Assembly: GCA_934101175.1 (NCBI GenBank)
Contig: CAKOQC010000006.1
Location: forward strand, 7,292 to 71,291
Direction: 5' to 3'
Origin: an uncultured Bacilli bacterium
GTDB taxonomy: Bacteria > Bacillota_I > Bacilli_A > RF39 > UBA660
DNA: 64,000 nucleotides
The position numbers and the translations under genes are program-made. Under the pieces are notes generated by a model that ran no database searches, was not told the DNA's origin, and worked only from the letters and a program-made list of their open reading frames with translations. Below are positions 59,922 through 64,000 of this stretch, piece by piece. Numbering within the stretch: the first letter of the stretch is position 1; each line of letters begins with the position of its first letter.

Positions 59922-60043
59922 AAATAATTATACAATAATTCGACAAAAAAATCTATAATTGATAATTAATATAAGCAATATTTTAATTATTGAATTATAA
60001 TATTAACCAATTTTATGGTAAAATATTATATGGGTGATGTATC

Positions 60044-60838
60044 TTGAATATTTATAAAAGTTTAAATGAAATAACTGAGTATATTGATAAGAATTTAGAA
60101 GAAGAAATAAGTTATGAAGTTCTATCAAAAATGCTAGGTGTTAATGTCTATACAATGCAAAGATTATTTACTATGATAGCAGGTATCCCTCTTGCTGAAT
60201 ATATTAGAAAAAGAAGATTATCTAGTGCAGGATATGATTTATATGAAGGTAATTTAAAAGTAATAGATGTTGCTTTTAAATATCAATATGATAATGCTAC
60301 ATCATTTTCAAGAGCATTTGAAAAATTTCATGGAATTAAACCAAGTTTAGTAAATAAAGAAACGAAGTTAAAAAACTTCCCTAGAATAGTATTTAACGAA
60401 GATATTAATATTACTACTGAGTTAGATTATGAAATAATTAATCTAGACGAATTGAATTTATATGGTATTAGTATTACTACTAATAACGATGAAATAGGTA
60501 AAGATGCTCCTGTATTTTTTAGACAAACTGAAGATAAATATTATAACAAGTACGGTGAAGTTAAATATGGAATGATTACTTATGATATAGAGCGTGAAGA
60601 AAGTCAAAAGTATTATTGCTTATATGATAAGAAAATTGAAGAATTTGAACATATTAAAATACCAAAAAGTAAATGGCTTAGATTTAGAATCAATTCACAA
60701 AATGCTAAAGATATACAAGAAACATCTCATAAATTCTATGGAGAATTCTTACCATCAGTTAAATATAATTTAAAAAAATTACCTGAGTTAGAATACTATC
60801 ATGATGGCGTAACTGACTTCTTAGTAGCAATTTATTAA
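60044..60838 (+). CDS. AraC-family transcriptional regulator with GyrI-like effector-binding domain
   Basis: The N-terminal AraC HTH reads 'ISYEVLSKMLGVNVYTMQRLFTMIAGIPLAEYIRKRRLSSAGYDL'. The C-terminal ~150 aa resemble a GyrI-like small-molecule binding fold. Confidence 0.7.
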   Translation: MNIYKSLNEITEYIDKNLEEEISYEVLSKMLGVNVYTMQRLFTMIAGIPLAEYIRKRRLSSAGYDLYEGNLKVIDVAFKYQYDNATSFSRAFEKFHGIKPSLVNKETKLKNFPRIVFNEDINITTELDYEIINLDELNLYGISITTNNDEIGKDAPVFFRQTEDKYYNKYGEVKYGMITYDIEREESQKYYCLYDKKIEEFEHIKIPKSKWLRFRINSQNAKDIQETSHKFYGEFLPSVKYNLKKLPELEYYHDGVTDFLVAIY

Positions 60839-60914
60839 ACTGACAAAACTGATTATTAAAAAGTCAGTTTTTTATTTTGTATTTTTGTTATACTCTTTTA
60901 CGAGGTGACGGATT

Positions 60915-62774
60915 ATGGGGTTAACGTCAGAAATATATCTAACTAAAAAATTTGTTTCGAAGGAAGAATGGTTAGAGTTAATTAATACAATATCAAATTA
61001 TAATGGTTTTTTAAAAAAATGGAAAATTATTATCACTAATGATAAAAATCAAATTAGATACTTTGTTAAAACTAGATGTAGTTTACCAGCAACAATAAAT
61101 AATTTAAATTCATTTTTATTAAAACCTGTAAAAGAAATTAAAGTTCCAAAACATAATTATACATTACTTTCCTTGCCTAAAGTTGGTAGTAGTATTATAG
61201 ATTTAATAAATTATAGTGAGATAAGAAACAAGGGAACACTAAAATATCTTGAAATAAGTTTTTTAAAATTATATGAAGATAAGATTAAATCAAAAATAAA
61301 GTTTTATCTTAATAAAAATGGTGTAATTAAAAAATATAATGTTATATTTGCTATTCCAACAAGTATTTTATCAGTAGATTTTGGAGGAAATAAAAGATAT
61401 TTCTATAAGAGTTCTCCTAAATATTTGGAAATTAATAAAATATTACATTTATTAAATACTGATTCTAATAATGCACTATTATCTGTTGATACATTTCCAT
61501 ACTTACAGGGTAATTTCTATTTAAATCAAAATAATTTTAGTTTTGATAAGCACTCTGTCATAATAGGTTCTTCTGGATGTGGTAAATCTAAGTTTATAAG
61601 CCTTTTAATCAATAATATTAATAAAAATGAAAATTTAAAAAGAAAATATAAAGTTGTAGTAATAGATCCACATACTTCACTTGAAGAGGACATTGGTGGT
61701 ATTGGAAAAGTAATTGACTTTAAAAGTAATTTAGATAGTATTGACTTATTTATTAATAACAATGATGATATTGTAGCATCTACAGAACTATTATTAGATT
61801 TATTAAAATCATTAATTGCTGATCAATATAATTCAAAATTAGAAAGAGTCTTAAGACATTCAATACATTTATTATTAACTGATGAATCATTTAATTTTAG
61901 AAATTTAAGAAGACTTATTTTAGATTTAGAATATAGAAATAATTTAATAAAGAAATTAAAATATAATTTACCAGTTAGTGTAATAGATTTCTTTCTATCA
62001 GATTTTAATGATTTAAAAACTAAATCTTATGGTGAAGCAATATCTCCAATTATAGGTTTTATAGATGTAATGGAAATGATACCTGTATTTAATAGAGAAC
62101 AAAATAGTGAGAATTTAAAAAATACTATTCATGATAATTTCCTAACTTTATTTTCACTAGATAGAACAAAACTTGGAGATAAAGTGACTAAAACAATATC
62201 AGGATTAATAATGCAACAGTTACTTACTATAATTCAAAAGAGAGAGATTGACGAACATATTATTTTTATTATTGATGAGGTTGCAGTAGTTGAAAATCCA
62301 ATTTTATCTAGATATTTATCAGAAGCAAGAAAATATAATTTATCGTTAATATTAGCAGGACAATATTTTAATCAAATATCAGATGAATTAAAAAGCTCTA
62401 TATTTGCAAACGTTATTAATTACTTTATATTTAGAGTTTCAAAGTTAGATGCTAATGTGTTAGTAGATAATTTTAATATGAAAATACCTCTAGATGATTC
62501 TAGAGATAGAAAAATCAAATTATTAACTGAGCTTAATAACAGAGAATGTATTGTAAGAATAGATTCCAATGGGGTATTATTACCAGCATTTAAAGGTGTT
62601 ACACTAGATTATACAAGCATTCCTAGAATTAAAAGAGCAATTACAAGTAATAACAATAATATAAACGAAGATAACTCAAATAAATCTAAAACTAATTTTA
62701 GTTTGAATAGTAATGTTAGTTTAAAAGATATCTTAATATCTAATTCTTCAAGTAGAAAGGTTGTGAAAGAATGA
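60915..62774 (+). CDS. HerA/FtsK/TraG-like P-loop ATPase (DUF87-type), soluble
   Basis: Walker A is 'VIIGSSGCGKSKFISLL', then 'KVVVIDPHTSLEE'. Walker B is 'HIIFIIDEVAVVE', and 'RKYNLSLILAGQYFNQI' is arginine-finger/sensor-like. There are no TM helices. A ~210-aa N-terminal domain has unknown function. Confidence 0.6.
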   Translation: MGLTSEIYLTKKFVSKEEWLELINTISNYNGFLKKWKIIITNDKNQIRYFVKTRCSLPATINNLNSFLLKPVKEIKVPKHNYTLLSLPKVGSSIIDLINYSEIRNKGTLKYLEISFLKLYEDKIKSKIKFYLNKNGVIKKYNVIFAIPTSILSVDFGGNKRYFYKSSPKYLEINKILHLLNTDSNNALLSVDTFPYLQGNFYLNQNNFSFDKHSVIIGSSGCGKSKFISLLINNINKNENLKRKYKVVVIDPHTSLEEDIGGIGKVIDFKSNLDSIDLFINNNDDIVASTELLLDLLKSLIADQYNSKLERVLRHSIHLLLTDESFNFRNLRRLILDLEYRNNLIKKLKYNLPVSVIDFFLSDFNDLKTKSYGEAISPIIGFIDVMEMIPVFNREQNSENLKNTIHDNFLTLFSLDRTKLGDKVTKTISGLIMQQLLTIIQKREIDEHIIFIIDEVAVVENPILSRYLSEARKYNLSLILAGQYFNQISDELKSSIFANVINYFIFRVSKLDANVLVDNFNMKIPLDDSRDRKIKLLTELNNRECIVRIDSNGVLLPAFKGVTLDYTSIPRIKRAITSNNNNINEDNSNKSKTNFSLNSNVSLKDILISNSSSRKVVKE

Positions 62775-63469
62775 ATGATACTAAAGCACTAGAAATTGTT
62801 AATAAGATATTTAAAAGTGTATTCGATAAAGAAAATAATTATTCTTTAGATACACTTTTAGAAAAGTTTGCATTTGATGTTAAGTTGCCCAAACAAGTTA
62901 ATGATTCAACTACAAATGAAATAACTTGGGCAGATTCAATTAACAGTGGTAGATTTATCACAAATAAAAATATGGAAAAAAGAGATGAAGAAACAGGTTG
63001 GATGCTTCCTAAAAAAGAAATAAGTAATTTACAAGAGTTAATTGATATATGGAACACTATTAACTTAACTACAACCGAAAGAGTTTATGATTCTATTAAT
63101 GTAGCAAAAAGTGATACTATTTATAGATGCGAAAATGTTTATAGAAGTACCGATTGTAGTGATTCAAAAAATATGATTTACTGTGATTCTTGTGGTAATA
63201 GTGAATTCTTACTTGCGTCTCAAAGATCTGGAACTTGTAATTTCTGCATAAGATGTGATGACTCTAAAGATTGTAGCAATAGTTATAATGTTATTTGTTC
63301 TAATAAAGTAAGTAATTCATTATTTATTCAAGATTGTTTTGATTTATATGAATGTATGTTTTGCTCACATATTGCATCAAAAAGATTTTGCATAGCAAAT
63401 ATGCAATTTGAAGAACAAGAATATTATGAAATCAAAAAATTAATTATAGATTGGATATTAAATTCATAA
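62771..63469 (+). CDS. Cysteine-rich hypothetical protein (232 aa), translationally coupled to the ATPase
   Basis: The start overlaps the ATPase stop (atgA). The C-terminal half has ~17 Cys in CxxC/CxC clusters ('YRCENVYRSTDCSDSKNMIYCDSCGNSEF...CNFCIRCDDSKDCSNS...CMFCSHIAS'). Confidence 0.5.
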   Translation: MNDTKALEIVNKIFKSVFDKENNYSLDTLLEKFAFDVKLPKQVNDSTTNEITWADSINSGRFITNKNMEKRDEETGWMLPKKEISNLQELIDIWNTINLTTTERVYDSINVAKSDTIYRCENVYRSTDCSDSKNMIYCDSCGNSEFLLASQRSGTCNFCIRCDDSKDCSNSYNVICSNKVSNSLFIQDCFDLYECMFCSHIASKRFCIANMQFEEQEYYEIKKLIIDWILNS

Positions 63470-63613
63470 AAACTTGCATAAAAAATACTAGTACGAGTAT
63501 ACTAGTATTGACAATTATCATTAAAAATGGTACTATTGTCATATAAGAACTCTGTTCAATCCGAAGCTTTACGTTTAGTACGTGAAAGGTTTATGTAGGA
63601 AGAATGGAGTTTT

Positions 63614-64000
63614 TTATTTTGAATTTTTAGTTAATGATGAATCAAATATACTATTTTTAGATTTAAAGCACCAATGTCTATACGGATCTTTCCAATTATT
63701 AGTTATATCATTACGATAACTTGTAGAAACTCCAATATTAAAATTAGGATAGATAGTTTTAATATTTCTTAATATATTTTTATATAATTTTTCTTTTGCA
63801 ATAGTTCTCTTGCCTCGTCTATTACTGCCTGGCATTTTTTCTTTATCCATATTATTTAGTTTAAAGTTCATAGTACCTAATATAATATCCATACATTGTA
63901 ATATAACATGGTTTTTAGAATCTACTTCTGCTATATCTTCGTTGTAAATATGAACATTGTTAATACAAAAGAAATCATTAAGTGCATAAATATATCCCTT
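63614..64000 (-). CDS. Hypothetical protein, partial (runs off the right edge of the window)
   Basis: The reading frame stays open upstream of the annotated Met ('...KGYIYALNDFFCINNVHIYNEDIAEVDSKNHVILQCMDIILGTMNF...') with no stop before position 64000. Confidence 0.35.
   Translation of the reverse strand, partial: KGYIYALNDFFCINNVHIYNEDIAEVDSKNHVILQCMDIILGTMNFKLNNMDKEKMPGSNRRGKRTIAKEKLYKNILRNIKTIYPNFNIGVSTSYRNDITNNWKDPYRHWCFKSKNSIFDSSLTKNSK

Noticed and set aside
60915-62774. Considered as a conjugative type IV coupling protein (VirD4/TcpA) partnering the MobA/MobL relaxase
   Set aside because: It has no N-terminal transmembrane helices and carries an unrelated soluble N-domain. It is separated from the relaxase by an antisense gene and a regulator. 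It is retained as HerA-like instead.

Overview
This is an AT-rich, low-GC Firmicutes (Clostridium-like, spore-former) chromosomal segment; spoIIR and cwlD are present, and codon usage is heavily A/T biased. There are three parts.

(1) 1-17.2 kb, minus strand. A degenerate hybrid sensor kinase/response regulator is followed by an AMP-dependent ligase plus an N-terminal remnant of a paralogue. Next comes a polytopic GT-C-like membrane protein, then a Tad/Flp-type pilus operon (TadZ-like, TadE-like, a 52-aa Flp-like pilin missing from the ORF track, TadC, TadB, CpaF ATPase with an N/Q-rich tail, CpaB). The 5' end of the same operon carries two tandemly duplicated gene pairs, each a small C-terminally anchored Cys-containing protein followed by a large secreted acidic Cys-rich protein.

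(2) 17.4-44.9 kb. Housekeeping and cell-envelope genes: cwlD-like amidase, U32 peptidase, GNAT, DUF421, valS with a T-box leader, HD hydrolase, XRE regulator, murF, MazG-like, tRNA-His, mntP, spoIIR, prmC, prfA, a Y-family polymerase, tex, and tRNA-Gly with a consensus promoter. A compact type VIIb secretion locus (essC, esaB/yukD and six small WXG100-like helical proteins) lies in this stretch, with no essA/essB/esaA visible.

(3) 44.9-64 kb. Nested mobile DNA sits next to tRNA-Gly. An outer mobilizable element has a large serine recombinase, a small protein and a MobA/MobL relaxase. Its recombinase gene is split exactly at the catalytic-serine codons by an ~8.9 kb inner element. The inner element carries its own large serine recombinase, 10-bp phased repeats, a 4-gene unknown cargo operon, an XRE repressor, three paralogous zinc-ribbon membrane proteins, an excisionase-like HTH and a RepL-like protein. 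Joining the 27-codon stub to the truncated body reconstitutes a canonical recombinase N-terminus (YIRVST|[10 protein letters not shown]).

Downstream are a 662-aa membrane-anchored unknown protein, an AraC/GyrI-like regulator, and a HerA/FtsK-like P-loop ATPase translationally coupled to a Cys-rich protein; this pair is a candidate uncharacterized system. No CRISPR arrays and no rRNA genes are present.
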